Shown here: piece by piece, positions 27,743-40,100 of the stretch
Layout: every line of letters starts with the position of its first letter
How positions within the stretch are numbered: position 1 is the stretch's first letter
Assembly: GCA_964016885.1 (NCBI GenBank)
Contig: OZ024744.1
Coordinates: 105,896,001-105,960,000, forward strand
DNA length: 64,000 bases
Direction: 5' to 3'
Source of the DNA: Eledone cirrhosa
Lineage: Eukaryota
The notes under the pieces: generated by a model
Seen by the model: only the letters and a program-made list of their open reading frames with translations
Told to the model about the DNA's origin: nothing
Databases searched by the model: none
Made by a program: the position numbers and the translations under genes

Positions 27743-28120
27743 GGAGGCGTATGGCTTAGTGGTTAGAGCATTGGGCTTGCAATCGAAAGGTTGTGAGTTC
27801 AATTCTCAGACTGGGTGATGTGTTGTTTCCTTGAGCAAGACACTTTATTTCACATTGCTCCAGTTTACTCAGTTGTAGAGATGAGATGATAGGACTGGGG
27901 TCCCTATGATTCCACTGCAAAGTGGTTGTGGAGGTGCCATAGCAAAAAAAAGCACCCAGCCCACACTGTAAAGTGGATGTGTAGGTGCCACGGAAAAAAA
28001 GCACCCAGCAGTCACTGTAAATGAGGTTGGTGTTAGGAAAGGCATCCAGCTGTAGAAATCAAGCCAGGATCAGTTCCCGTCCCACCCTTGCAAGCAGGGA
28101 AAAGCGGACATAAAATGATG
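27743..28120 (+). mobile_element. tRNA-derived SINE family B (CORE-like domain, RTE-derived 3' tail)
   Basis: GGAGGCGTATGGCTTAGTGGTTAGAGC (A box)..GTGAGTTCAATTC (B box)..CCTTGAGCAAGACACTT..CCCACCCTTGCAAGCAGGGAAAAGCGGAC..AAAATGATG. Other copies: 25961-26303-, 36358-36694-, 42453-42803+ (5'-truncated); many 3' fragments (about 18100-18345, 20885-21060, 22250-22410, 46200-46470, 62190-62450). Confidence 0.9.
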
Positions 28121-28589
28121 TCTATATATATATATATTAGTAAAAGGAAAAGAAAATGCTGACAAATTTTTCCCAGTGAAAAATAGTTTAATTAGGAATA
28201 AGTATAAATTAGTAATAAGTATTCAGTTTTAGTTTAAGTTTTTACCGGTTGCGCATTTCTAATGCTTTTCAAAAATAATTTTGAGATAGAGCGTTCGTGA
28301 TGTTTGTTCTAATATATATATATATATATATGGCTTTGATAAGCATCAATAAATGCAGAAACAAGGCCTTGTCAGCTTTATCTCCCCCTGTTTGCTGAAA
28401 TTAAAGTAAGTGAGTCTGTCACTACTCTAAAACAATAGCACAAGGTCTTCAAAATGCTTTTAATTAAGCATAAAATGTATTGCAAAATACACTATATATA
28501 TATATATATATATATTTTCTTCTTTGTCAATACATGCTCTGTGATTTAAATAAGAGGACAGGAAATATACCAACTGGATTTACCTCTAA

Positions 28590-29971
28590 AATGTGGTTGT
28601 TTAGGTATCTAGACAAGAGCGCCCAGTCCACTCTGTAAAGTGGTTGTTTAGGTATCTAGACAAGAGCGCCCAGTCCACTCTGTAAAGTGGTTGTTTAGGT
28701 ATCTAGACAAGAGCGCCCAGTCCACTCTGTAAGTGGTTGTTTAGGTATCATGACAAAAAGCACCCAGTCCACTCTGTAAAGTGGTTGTTTAGGTATCATG
28801 ACAAAAGCGCCCAGTCCACTCTGTAAAGTGGTTGTTTAGGTGTCATGACAAAAAGCACCCAGTCCACTCTGTAAAGTGGTTGTTTAGGTGTCATGACAAA
28901 AAGCACCCAGTCCACTCTGTAAAGTGGTTGTTTAGGTGTCATGACAAAAAGCATCCAGTCCACTCTGTAAAGTGGTTGTTTAGGTATCATGACAAAAAGC
29001 ACCCAGTTCACTCTGTAAAGTGGTTGCTTAGGTGTCATGACAAAAAGCACCCAGTCCACTCTGTAAAGTGGTTGTTTAGGTGTCATGACAAAAAGCACCC
29101 AGTCCACTCTGTAAAGTGGTTGTTTAGGTGTCATGACAAAAAGCACCCAGTCCACACTGTAAATGTGGTTGTTTAGGTATCTAGACAAGAGCGCCCAGTC
29201 CACTCTGTAAAGTGGTTGTTTAGGTATCATGACAAAAGCGCCCAGTCCACTCTGTAAAGTGGTTGTTTAGGTGTCATGACAAAAAGCACCCAGTCCACTC
29301 TGTAAAGTGGTTGTTTAGGTATTATGACAAAAGCGCCCAGTCCACTCTGTAAAGTGGTTGTTTAGGTGTCATGACAAAAAGCACCCAGTCCACTCTGTAA
29401 AGTGGTTGTTTAGGTGTCATGACAAAAGCGCCCAGTCCACTCTGTAAAGTGGTTGTTTAGGTGTCATGACAAAAAGCACCCAGTCCACTCTGTAAAGTGG
29501 TTGTTTAGGTATTATGACAAAAGCGCCCAGTCCACTCTGTAAAGTGGTTGTTTAGGTGTCATGACAAAAAGCACCCAGTCCACTCTGTAAAGTGGTTGTT
29601 TAGGTGTCATGACAAAAAGCACCCAGTCCACTCTGTAAAGTGGTTGTTTAGGTGTCATGACAAAAAACACCCAGTCCACTCTGTAAAGTGGTTGTTTAGG
29701 TATCATGACAAGAGCGCCCAGTCCACTCTGTAAAGTGGTTGTTTAGGTATCATGACAAAAGCGCCCAGTCCACTCTGTAAAGTGGTTGTTTAGGTGTCAT
29801 GACAAAAAGCACCCAGTCCACTCTGTAAAGTGGTTGTTTAGGTATTATGACAAAAGCGCCCAGTCCACTCTGTAAAGTGGTGTTTAGGTGTCATGACAAA
29901 AAGCACCCAGTCCACTCTGTAAAGTGGTTGTTTAGGTGTCATGACAAAAGGCACCCAGTCCACTCTGTAAA
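28590..29971. repeat. 45-46-bp minisatellite derived from the SINE B body, about 30 copies
   Basis: Unit ATGACAAAAAGCACCCAGTCCACTCTGTAAAGTGGTTGTTTAGGTGTC; runs into a SINE B-like 3' tail (GCATCCAACTGCAGAAA..ATGATGATG). Confidence 0.95.
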
Positions 29972-30125
29972 GCATCCAACTGCAGAAAACAAGCCAAAAT
30001 CAGTTCCATGTATGCGAATCAAGGTCCTCTGACCTGATCTCTCACAAAGAGACAGCCTGCCCTACCCATGCTAGCGTGGAAGATAGACATTAAACAATGA
30101 TGATGACATATATAAGATATCTTAC

Positions 30126-30298
30126 TTTGTTACTGGAATAGCGGTGACTGACTTCCAGTCAATTGCCCTATCAGATTCTTTCTTGTGCCAAATAGTCTGT
30201 ACAGTAGACGATGGTGCAACAGCATCACCGCCAGCTCCAAGCCAATAAAGGAAAGCCAACCTTCCTTCAGTGCCAATTTGAAGAACTATGGTTGTAAT
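30126..30298 (-). CDS. TRAPPC11: TRAPPC11 exon: ITTIVLQIGTEGRLAFLYWLGAGGDAVAPSSTVQTIWHKKESDRAIDWKSVTAIPVT
   Basis: gatag|ATT...AA|gtaag, 173 nt, phase 0/2; carries the conserved L.W.G.GGDA motif (human VVLNWQGGGGDA). Confidence 0.95.
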
Positions 30299-30374
30299 CT
30301 ATCAATTAAAAAGAATAAAACACGTCTAAGGAAACATAAAATATTGGAAACAAGCAATTAATATTTAGATTAGA

Positions 30375-32645
30375 TTTAAAAGAAAAAGAGAAAAAGAAAA
30401 GATATAATAAAGGAAATAAGAGAAAAAGAAAAGATATAATAAAGGAAATAAGAGAAAAAGAAAAGATATAATAAAGGAAATAAGAGAAAAAGAAAAGATA
30501 TAATAAAGGAAATAAGAGAAAAAGAAAAGATATAATAAAGGAAATAAGAGAAAAAGAAAAGATATAATAAAGGAAATAAGAGAAAAAGAAAAGATATAAT
30601 AAAGGAAATAAGAGAAAAAGAAAAGATATAATAAAGGAAATAAGAGAAAAAGAAAAGATATAATAAAGGAAATAAGAGAAAAAGAAAAGATATAATAAAG
30701 GAAATAAGAGAAAAAGAAAAGATATAATAAAGGAAATAAGAGAAAAAGAAAAGATATAATAAAGGAAATAAGAGAAAAAGAAAAGATATAATAAAGGAAA
30801 TAAGAGAAAAAGAAAAGATATAATAAAGGAAATAAGAGAAAAAGAAAAGATATAATAAAGGAAATAAGAGAAAAAGAAAAGATATAATAAAGGAAATAAG
30901 AGAAAAAGAAAAGATATAATAAAGGAAATAAGAGAAAAAGAAAAGATATAATAAAGGAAATAAGAGAAAAAGAAAAGATATAATAAAGGAAATAAGAGAA
31001 AAAGAAAAGATATAATAAAGGAAATAAGAGAAAAAGAAAAGATATAATAAAGGAAATAAGAGAAAAAGAAAAGATATAATAAAGGAAATAAGAGAAAAAG
31101 AAAAGATATAATAAAGGAAATAAGAGAAAAAGAAAAGATATAATAAAGGAAATAAGAGAAAAAGAAAAGATATAATAAAGGAAATAAGAGAAAAAGAAAA
31201 GATATAATAAAGGAAATAAGAGAAAAAGAAAAGATATAATAAAGGAAATAAGAGAAAAAGAAAAGATATAATAAAGGAAATAAGAGAAAAAGAAAAGATA
31301 TAATAAAGGAAATAAGAGAAAAAGAAAAGATATAATAAAGGAAATAAGAGAAAAAGAAAAGATATAATAAAGGAAATAAGAGAAAAAGAAAAGATATAAT
31401 AAAGGAAATAAGAGAAAAAGAAAAGATATAATAAAGGAAATAAGAGAAAAAGAAAAGATATAATAAAGGAAATAAGAGAAAAAGAAAAGATATAATAAAG
31501 GAAATAAGAGAAAAAGAAAAGATATAATAAAGGAAATAAGAGAAAAAGAAAAGATATAATAAAGGAAATAAGAGAAAAAGAAAAGATATAATAAAGGAAA
31601 TAAGAGAAAAAGAAAAGATATAATAAAGGAAATAAGAGAAAAAGAAAAGATATAATAAAGGAAATAAGAGAAAAAGAAAAGATATAATAAAGGAAATAAG
31701 AGAAAAAGAAAAGATATAATAAAGGAAATAAGAGAAAAAGAAAAGATATAATAAAGGAAATAAGAGAAAAAGAAAAGATATAATAAAGGAAATAAGAGAA
31801 AAAGAAAAGATATAATAAAGGAAATAAGAGAAAAAGAAAAGATATAATAAAGGAAATAAGAGAAAAAGAAAAGATATAATAAAGGAAATAAGAGAAAAAG
31901 AAAAGATATAATAAAGGAAATAAGAGAAAAAGAAAAGATATAATAAAGGAAATAAGAGAAAAAGAAAAGATATAATAAAGGAAATAAGAGAAAAAGAAAA
32001 GATATAATAAAGGAAATAAGAGAAAAAGAAAAGATATAATAAAGGAAATAAGAGAAAAAGAAAAGATATAATAAAGGAAATAAGAGAAAAAGAAAAGATA
32101 TAATAAAGGAAATAAGAGAAAAAGAAAAGATATAATAAAGGAAATAAGAGAAAAAGAAAAGATATAATAAAGGAAATAAGAGAAAAAGAAAAGATATAAT
32201 AAAGGAAATAAGAGAAAAAGAAAAGATATAATAAAGGAAATAAGAGAAAAAGAAAAGATATAATAAAGGAAATAAGGGAAAAAGAAAAGATATAATAAAG
32301 GAAATAAGAGAAAAAGAAAAGATATAATAAAGGAAATAAGGGAAAAAGAAAAGATATAATAAAGGAAATAAGAGAAAAAGAAAAGATATAATAAAGGAAA
32401 TAAGAGAAAAAGAAAAGATATAATAAAGGAAATAAGAGAAAAAGAAAAGATATAATAAAGGAAATAAGAGAAAAAGAAAAGATATAATAAAGGAAATAAG
32501 AGAAAAAGAAAAGATATAATAAAGGAAATAAGGGAAAAAGAAAAGATATAATGAAGGAAATAAGAGAAAAAGAAAAGATATAATAAAGGAAATAAGAGAA
32601 AAAGAAAAGATGTAATAAAGGAAATAAGAGAAAAAGAAAAGATGT
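30375..32645. repeat. 32-bp purine-rich minisatellite, about 70 nearly identical copies, filling one intron
   Basis: Unit AAGAGAAAAAGAAAAGATATAATAAAGGAAAT. Confidence 0.99.
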
Positions 32646-32663
32646 TTTGAAGATGTTTCTTAC

Positions 32664-32822
32664 TTCTAATTGATTTCCAACATCTTCTTTCATAGGTAGA
32701 AATGAAAAGCGATAAACTCTAGTTTTGTTAGGAACCAAATACAAATCTCCATTTTCTCCTTCACATTCAGATGCAGCAGTTATTCCATGCCCATCATTTA
32801 CAACACAGTATTGATTGTATAT
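32664..32822 (-). CDS. TRAPPC11: TRAPPC11 exon: IYNQYCVVNDGHGITAASECEGENGDLYLVPNKTRVYRFSFLPMKEDVGNQLE
   Basis: tttcag|ATA...GAA|gtaag, 159 nt, phase 0/0; matches human EYNQFCVI...[26 protein letters not shown]. Confidence 0.95.
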
Positions 32823-33218
32823 CTGAAAAGATAATTAGTTATGTTGCAGTTAACGAACAAACAATATAATATTATTAATTAATTTAATTAAAAAGGGCGG
32901 TGGATAGGCAGAATCGGTAGAGCGTCAGACGCCATGCTTTGCAACATAGAGTTATGGCCCTTTACATTCTGAGTTCAAATCCCGCCGAGGTTAACTTTAC
33001 CTTTCATCTTTATGGGGTCGATAAAATAAAGAAGTACCAGTAACACACTAGGGTAATTGCTGGCCTTGTGCCATAAGTAGAAACAATTATTAATTTAATT
33101 TAAATTGTGTGTGTCAAAAAGGGAAAGAACAGATGAGGAAAATAGTGGACTCAACTCTGCTAATGACATCACAGGAACTGATACAGGGGAAGAGGAGACA
33201 TTCATTCTGTTGTAAATT

Positions 33219-33360
33219 ATCTTTCCAGGGGGGGCCAGTGGTGACACAATAAAATACACTCAGTTCCTACTGTAAAATGTTTGCTAATAATCTTTCCAGG
33301 GGGGGCCAGTGGTGACACAATAAAATACACTCAGTTCCTACTGTAAAATGTTTGCTAATA
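33219..33360. repeat. Exact tandem duplication, about 71 bp x2
   Basis: ATCTTTCCAGGGGGGGCCAGTGGTGACACAATAAAATACACTCAGTTCCTACTGTAAAATGTTTGCTAATA occurs twice. Confidence 0.92.
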
Positions 33361-33689
33361 AGAAAGGTATCCAGCTGTAAAAACCATGTAAAACTACTTC
33401 TCTAAACCTCAAACTACTCTCATAACATTCTCCATCTAGGTAACTAATCTTCACTCATTCCCACCACCCTCCACACTCCATCCCTTGTTCCAATCGATCC
33501 TAACAAACTATGTATAAACTGAACCAACAAGACCTCATTACTTTTCTGAAAAAAAAACATAGCAAATACTTGCTTTGATGAAACACTGTAGCTCTATGTT
33601 TTAAGAAAATGAATAAATCTTTTTTACTTCACCCACTTATTCATGTGATGATTGCAGGGAAGGGACACAGTCCTCAGGCATGCATGCAA

Positions 33690-33990
33690 GCCTAGGTCCT
33701 GTCAGAAACTACCGTCTTCAATTGATCCAGCCGGATTCCCAAGTAAGACCAGCCAAGCTCATGGATGTTATCCAACCAACATGGGTCTCTTGCCAGTTGG
33801 ATTTGCCTGTAAAATCTGGTGCCTCTCCAATATTTCAGATACACACTCTATTGAGTAACGTTACTCCAAAGACCCTTTCGAGAAACTCCATTTCATTTGT
33901 TTATGCGATCGTATTCTTTCAGTCATTATTCAAGATTCATGACCATAGGTAAGTGTTAGGTACAAACACTGAATTGAAGATAGCAAGTTT
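33690..33990 (-). mobile_element. Degenerate RTE (Rex3/Expander-like) RT C-terminal fragment
   Basis: Reverse translation contains LTLTYGHES*IMTERIRS, typical of RTE ORFs. Confidence 0.65.
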
Positions 33991-34619
33991 GGCTTCTACA
34001 TCTACCTCTCTTCTTTTGGGGGACACGAGAGCTCTGAAAGCCTCACACTCTGTGTGGAAGGGGAATGACTCTGAATAAATTAAGATTACATGGGGCATGG
34101 AGAAGCCATGGAGAAGGCAGTTTGTCTAAAAAGGGAGTGGGATTGAGTAAAATATAGATGGGGTAGATGTGGGCTCTGTAGGCTGATATGTAGGCAACAT
34201 GTCTAGGAGAGCAGTCATTCTGAATAAAAACTGATACAGGGTCCCAGTCCATGCTGTAAAGTTGTTGGTGATAGGAAGGGCATCCAGCCTGTAAAAACTT
34301 GCCAAAATATGAAAAGTACAATGCATAAGTCTCTCACCAATTGCAAATACAGGACTAACTCTCGTCATGTTAGTGGGATGGCTAACATAATACCTTTCTA
34401 ACCTGAATTAGAAAAAAGGGCACCTCTTCTACGAAGCTCTAATAGCTATAACATCTATCCAGCACCCAAAAAAACCTTTTAAGTAAACAACACACTATAT
34501 CTTTGCAGCCCACACCATAGATCCCCCAACCCTAAATTACTTCTTCCTATTTTGCATAAGTCCTTATCCCCCCTTATATAACTGGCAACCAAACCACCCA
34601 TTGTCTGTTGTCAGCCGGT

Positions 34620-35220
34620 GCAGTTGAAATTAACATTTCAGACGAATTCCACACAGCTCTGGATGGTAGTATTGAGTTCACCGAGGTGTCTTGCAAGGTG
34701 CACCACGTAGCATGAATATGAATTTGGGACAGGTGAAGCAGTTACTCAGGAGGAAGACTGCCAGGTGTGTGTCAATGAGGTTTAACTTCTCTGTCACACA
34801 TGAGAGGTCTGCATGCTTCGTCTTGAATAGCTTTTTAAAAGAATTGGTGAGCTGAGAATGCAGATGGCATCTTTGGGCAATACCTGAGCCTCAGACAAGA
34901 CGGGATGGACGCTGAGTATGGCATTGTGAAATTCCACCTCACCTAGCTTACGTTTATCACTTCAGACTTAAAAGGGTTGATCTTAAGTTCTGAGGAGCTT
35001 GAGAGCTGGGATGATTTGCCAAAAGTCCTCAACTATAGATTCAACTGAGCCACCCAGGGTCGCATCATCCAAGTATCAGATGTTGAAGGGCAACCAGCAC
35101 AAAGAGCAGTGAGCCGAGTGGCTCCCCATGCTGAAGACCCATAGCAGAAGAGATCTTGTTGTCAGCAGCCACCAATGTGCTGGCTTTTCTGTACAAGAGG
35201 TGAGCAACAGGAAATATCAA
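34620..35220 (-). mobile_element. Degenerate CRE-like (RLE-type) non-LTR RT fragment
   Basis: ISSAMGLQHGEPLGSLLF (QGDPLGPLLF), FNI*YLDDATLGG, INPFKSE, AVFLLSNCFTCPKFIFMLRGAPC. Confidence 0.75.
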
Positions 35221-37106
35221 GGGAATATATTATATAATTGTTTCTATTTTAGGCACAAGGCCAGCAATTACCCAGTAGGGATTTGAACTCAGATCATAAA
35301 GGATCATGGTGTCCGACTCTCTACCGATACTGCCAATCCACCGCCATCCAAGGGAATATATTATATAATGTTTTTAAAGCTTTTAAAAAATAGGTTGCAG
35401 TGATCTAATTCTTATATATTTTTAAATTAAAAAACAACCACAAACCCCAAACAAGTCCCACTTCATATATATATATGCCATATACAATAGGTACAGTAAT
35501 AAAAAATCTAACACAATTTTTACAGTTTTAGTGTTGCAAGGCTGTGATATTGGATTTAATGTATCTAAAACTGATATAACAGCCTGAAAATATAACACTT
35601 TTTTTATAGGCTATTAACCTGCAAACTAACCAATAGTGTAGATTATATCTTACAGTTATCTCACATTATTTATGTGGATTGGCAGTATCGGTAGAGGGTC
35701 GGACGCCATGCTTTCCAGCATAGTTACGTCCCTTTACGATCTGAGTTCAAATCCCGCCGAGGTTGACTTTGCCTTTCATCCTTACGGGGTCGATAAAATA
35801 AAGTACCAGTAATGCACTGGATAATTGCTGGCCTTGTGCCTAAAGTAGAAACAATTATTTATGGAACTTTCCTGCTGGGTATTTGCTCTATCTCACCTTT
35901 TCATGTTCTTTTTAGTGATTTCTGTAAGTTTTATGAGAGGATAACATGGATAATAATAGTTCTTTCATGCTCACCTACCTACTCTCATAGCCAGAACACC
36001 ATGTCACCTATATAACAAGAGCTACCTTTAGTCCTATTTGCATTAAATCCCCCCATCCTGTCTATGTCTCTCACCCTTCACAGTGGTTAACCATCTCATA
36101 CCTCCAACCATCACCCTCTCTATGCTATTAAACATCAGTCTTTCTCCTCAAGATCACTTCCCATTGACACCCATCACTTGTTCTCTCTCAAATACACCCA
36201 CCCCACACCAACAAATATGTAGCCACCAGATATATATACACACATCTGCAAATATATGTATACACAAACGTAGAAACCAATACATTTACAGACAACGGGC
36301 CAACTTGTCTAAACCGTGCTAGCGTGAAAAAATGGATGTTAAATGATGATGATATATTCATCATTTTTCATTTTACGTCCGCTTTTTCCCTGCTTGCAAG
36401 GGTGGGACGGGAACTGATTCTGGCTTGATTTCTACAGCTGGATGCCCTTCCTAACACCAACCTCATTTACAGTGAGTGCTGGGTGCTTTTTTCCCGTGGC
36501 ACCTCCACGACCACTTTGCAGTGGAATGATAGGGACCCCAGTCCCTATCATCTCATTTCTACAGCTGAGTAAACTGGAGCAATGTGAAATAAAGTGCCTT
36601 GCTCAAGGAAACAACACATCACCCGGTCTGAGAATTGAACTCACAACCTTTCGATTGCAAGGCCAATGCTCTAACCACTAAGCCATGTGCCTCCATATAT
36701 AGATATATAATTGTTTCTACTATTGGCACAAGGCCAGCAAATACCCAGTACATTACTGGTACTTTATTTTATCGACCCCGTAAGGATGAAAGGCAAAGTT
36801 AACCTCGGCGGGATTTGAACTCAGATATATATATATATATAATATATATATATATAATATATATTAGGAATAGACTACATAGCCAATCCTGGCAAAATAG
36901 ACAAACATGCTTTTAAAGCTTATTTTACCGGTAAACCCTAGAGGAACACAAATCTAGCCAAGAGTCCCGAAAGCTTATTTTATCACTAAATAATAAATAG
37001 TATTTTAGAACTAAGGTAGTGACTACAATCTTAACCGAGTCGTGACTTTCTGCTAAAATTCTAAATTTAAAAAATATCTTACTCCACTAAAGTTCCTAAG
37101 CCATGG

Positions 37107-40100
37107 AACTCAGTAGATGTGTGTATGTAACCCAGTAGATGTGTGTGTATATAACTCAGTAGATGTGTATGTGTGTAACTCAGTAGATGTGTGTGTATAT
37201 AACCCAGTAGATGTATGTGTGTAACTCAGTAGATGTGTGTGTATATAACCCAGTAGATGTATGTGTGTAACTCAGTAGATGTATGTGTGTAACTCAGTAG
37301 ATGTGTGTGTGTATGTAACCCAGTAGATGTGTGTGTGTATGTAACCCAGTAGATGTGTGTGTGTATGTAACCCAGTAGATGTGTGTGTGTATGTAACCAA
37401 GTAGATGTGTGTGTGTGTATGTAACCCAGTAGATGTGTGTGTGTATGTAACCCAGTAGATGTGTGTGTGTATGTAACCCAGTAGATGTGTGTGTGTATGT
37501 AACCCAGTAGATGTGTGTGTGTATGTAACCAAGTAGATGTGTGTGTGTATGTAACCCAGTAGATGTGTGTGTGTATGTAACCCAGTAGATGTGTGTGTGT
37601 AACTCAGTAGATGTGTGTATGTAACTCAGTAGATGTGTGTGTGTATGTAACCCAGTAGATGTGTGTGTGTATATAACCCAGTAGATGTGTGTGTATGTAA
37701 CCCAGTAGATGTGTGTGTGTATATAACCCAGTAGATGTATGTGTGTAACTCAGTAGATGTGTGTGTGTAACTCAGTAGATGTGTGTGTATGTAACCCAGT
37801 AGATGTGTGTGTATCTTATCTCAGTAGATGTGTGTGTATCTCAGTAGATGTGTGTGTATGTAACCCAGTAGATGTGTGTGTATGTAACCCAGTAGATGTG
37901 TGTGTATCTCAGTAGATGTGTGTGTATCTCAGTAGATGTGTGTGTATGTAACTCAGTAGATGTGTGTGTATGTAACTCAGTAGATGTGTGTGTATGTAAC
38001 TCAGTAGATGTGTGTGTATATAACCCAGTAGATGTGTGTGTGTAACTCAGTAGATGTGTGTGTATGTAACCCAGTAGATGTGTGTGTATCTTATCTCAGT
38101 AGATGTGTGTGTATCTCAGTAGATGTGTGTGTATGTAACTCAGTAGATGTGTGTGTATGTAACTCAGTAGATGTGTGTGTATATAACCCAGTAGATGTGT
38201 GTGTGTAACTCAGTAGATGTGTGTGTATGTAACTCAGTAGATGTGTGTATGTAACTCAGTAGATGTGTGTATATAACCCAGTAGATGTGTGTGTATGTAA
38301 CCCAGTAGATGTGTGTATGTAACTCAGTAGATGTGTGTGTATATAACCCAGTAGATGTATGTGTGTAACTCAGTAGATGTGTGTGTGTAACTCAGTAGAT
38401 GTGTGTGTATGTAACCCAGTAGATGTGTGTGTATCTCAGTAGATGTGTGTGTATCTCAGTAGATGTGTGTGTATGTAACTCAGTAGATGTGTGTGTATGT
38501 AACCCAGTAGATGTGTGTGTATCTCAGTAGATGTGTGTGTATCTCAGTAGATGTGTGTGTATGTAACTCAGTAGATGTGTGTGTATGTAACTCAGTAGAT
38601 GTGTGTGTATGTAACTCAGTAGATGTGTGTGTATATAACCCAGTAGATGTGTGTGTGTAACTCAGTAGATGTGTGTGTGTGTAACTCAGTAGATGTGTGT
38701 ATGTAACTCAGTAGATGTGTATATAACCCAGTAGATGTATGTGTATGTAACTCAGTAGATGTGTGTGTATGTAACTCAGTAGATGTGTGTGTATGTAACT
38801 CAGTAGATGTGTGTATGTAACTCAGTAGATGTGTATGTAACTCAGTAGATGTGTGTGTATGTAACCCAGTAGATGTGTGTGTATGTAACTCAGTAGATGT
38901 GTGTGTATGTAACTCAGTAGATGTGTGTGTATGTAACTCAGTAGATGTATGTATGTAACTCAGTAGATGTGTGTGTATGTAAGACAGTAGATGTATGTAA
39001 GACAGTAGATGTGTGTATGTAAGACAGTAGATGTGTGTATGTAAGACAGTAGATGTATGTATGTAACTCAGTAGATGTGTGTGTATGTAACTCAGTAGAT
39101 GTGTGTATGTAACTCAGTAGATGTGTGTGTGTAACTCAGTAGATGTGTGTGTATGTAACCCAGTAGATGTGTGTGTGTATATAACCCAGTAGATGTATGT
39201 GTGTAACTCAGTAGATGTGTGTGTATGTAACTCAGTAGATGTGTGTGTGTATATAACCCAGTAGATGTATGTATGTAACTCAGTAGATGTGTGTGTATGT
39301 AACGCAGTAGATGTGTATGTAACTCAGTAGATGTGTGTGTATGTAACTCAGTAGATGTGTGTGTATCTCAGTAGATGTGTGTGCATGTAACTCAGTAGAT
39401 GTGTGTGTAACTCAGTAGATGTGTGTGCATGTAACTCAGTAGATGTATGTGTGCATGTAACTCAGTAGATGTGTGTGTATGTAACTCAGTAGATGTGTGT
39501 GTATGTAACTCAGTAGATGTGCGTATATGTAACTCAGTAGATGTGTGTGTATCTCAGTAGATGTGTGTGTATGTAACTCAGTAGATGTGTGTGTATGTAA
39601 CCCAGTAGATGTGTGTGTATGTAACTCAGTAGATGTGTGTGCATGTAACTCAGTAGATGTGTGTGTATGTAACTCAGTAGATGTGTGTGTATCTCAGTAG
39701 ATGTGTGTGTATGTAACTCAGTAGATGTGTGTGTATGTAACTCAGATGTGTGTGTGTAACTCAGTAGATGTGTGTATGTAACTCAGTAGATGTATGTGTG
39801 TAACTCAGTAGATGTGTGTGTATGTAACCCAGTAGATGTGTGTGTATGTAACTCAGTAGATGTGTGTGCATGTAACCCAGTAGATGTGTGTGTATGTAAC
39901 CCAGTAGATGTGTGTGTGTGTATGTAACTCAGTAGATGTGTGTATGTAACTCAGTAGATGTGTGTGTATGTAACCCAGTAGATGTATGTGTGTAACTCAG
40001 TAGATGTGTGTATATAACCCAGTAGATGTGTGTGTGTAACTCAGTAGATGTGTGTGTATGTAACCCAGTAGATGTGTGTGTATATAACCCAGTAGATGTG

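Noticed and set aside
27743-27815. tRNA gene
   Set aside because: A/B boxes are SINE heads continuing into SINE body; no proper acceptor stem or terminator.
30306-32744. 812-aa multi-pass membrane protein ORF
   Set aside because: Only the first 27 aa belong to a real exon; the rest is a G-free minisatellite that cannot encode stops.
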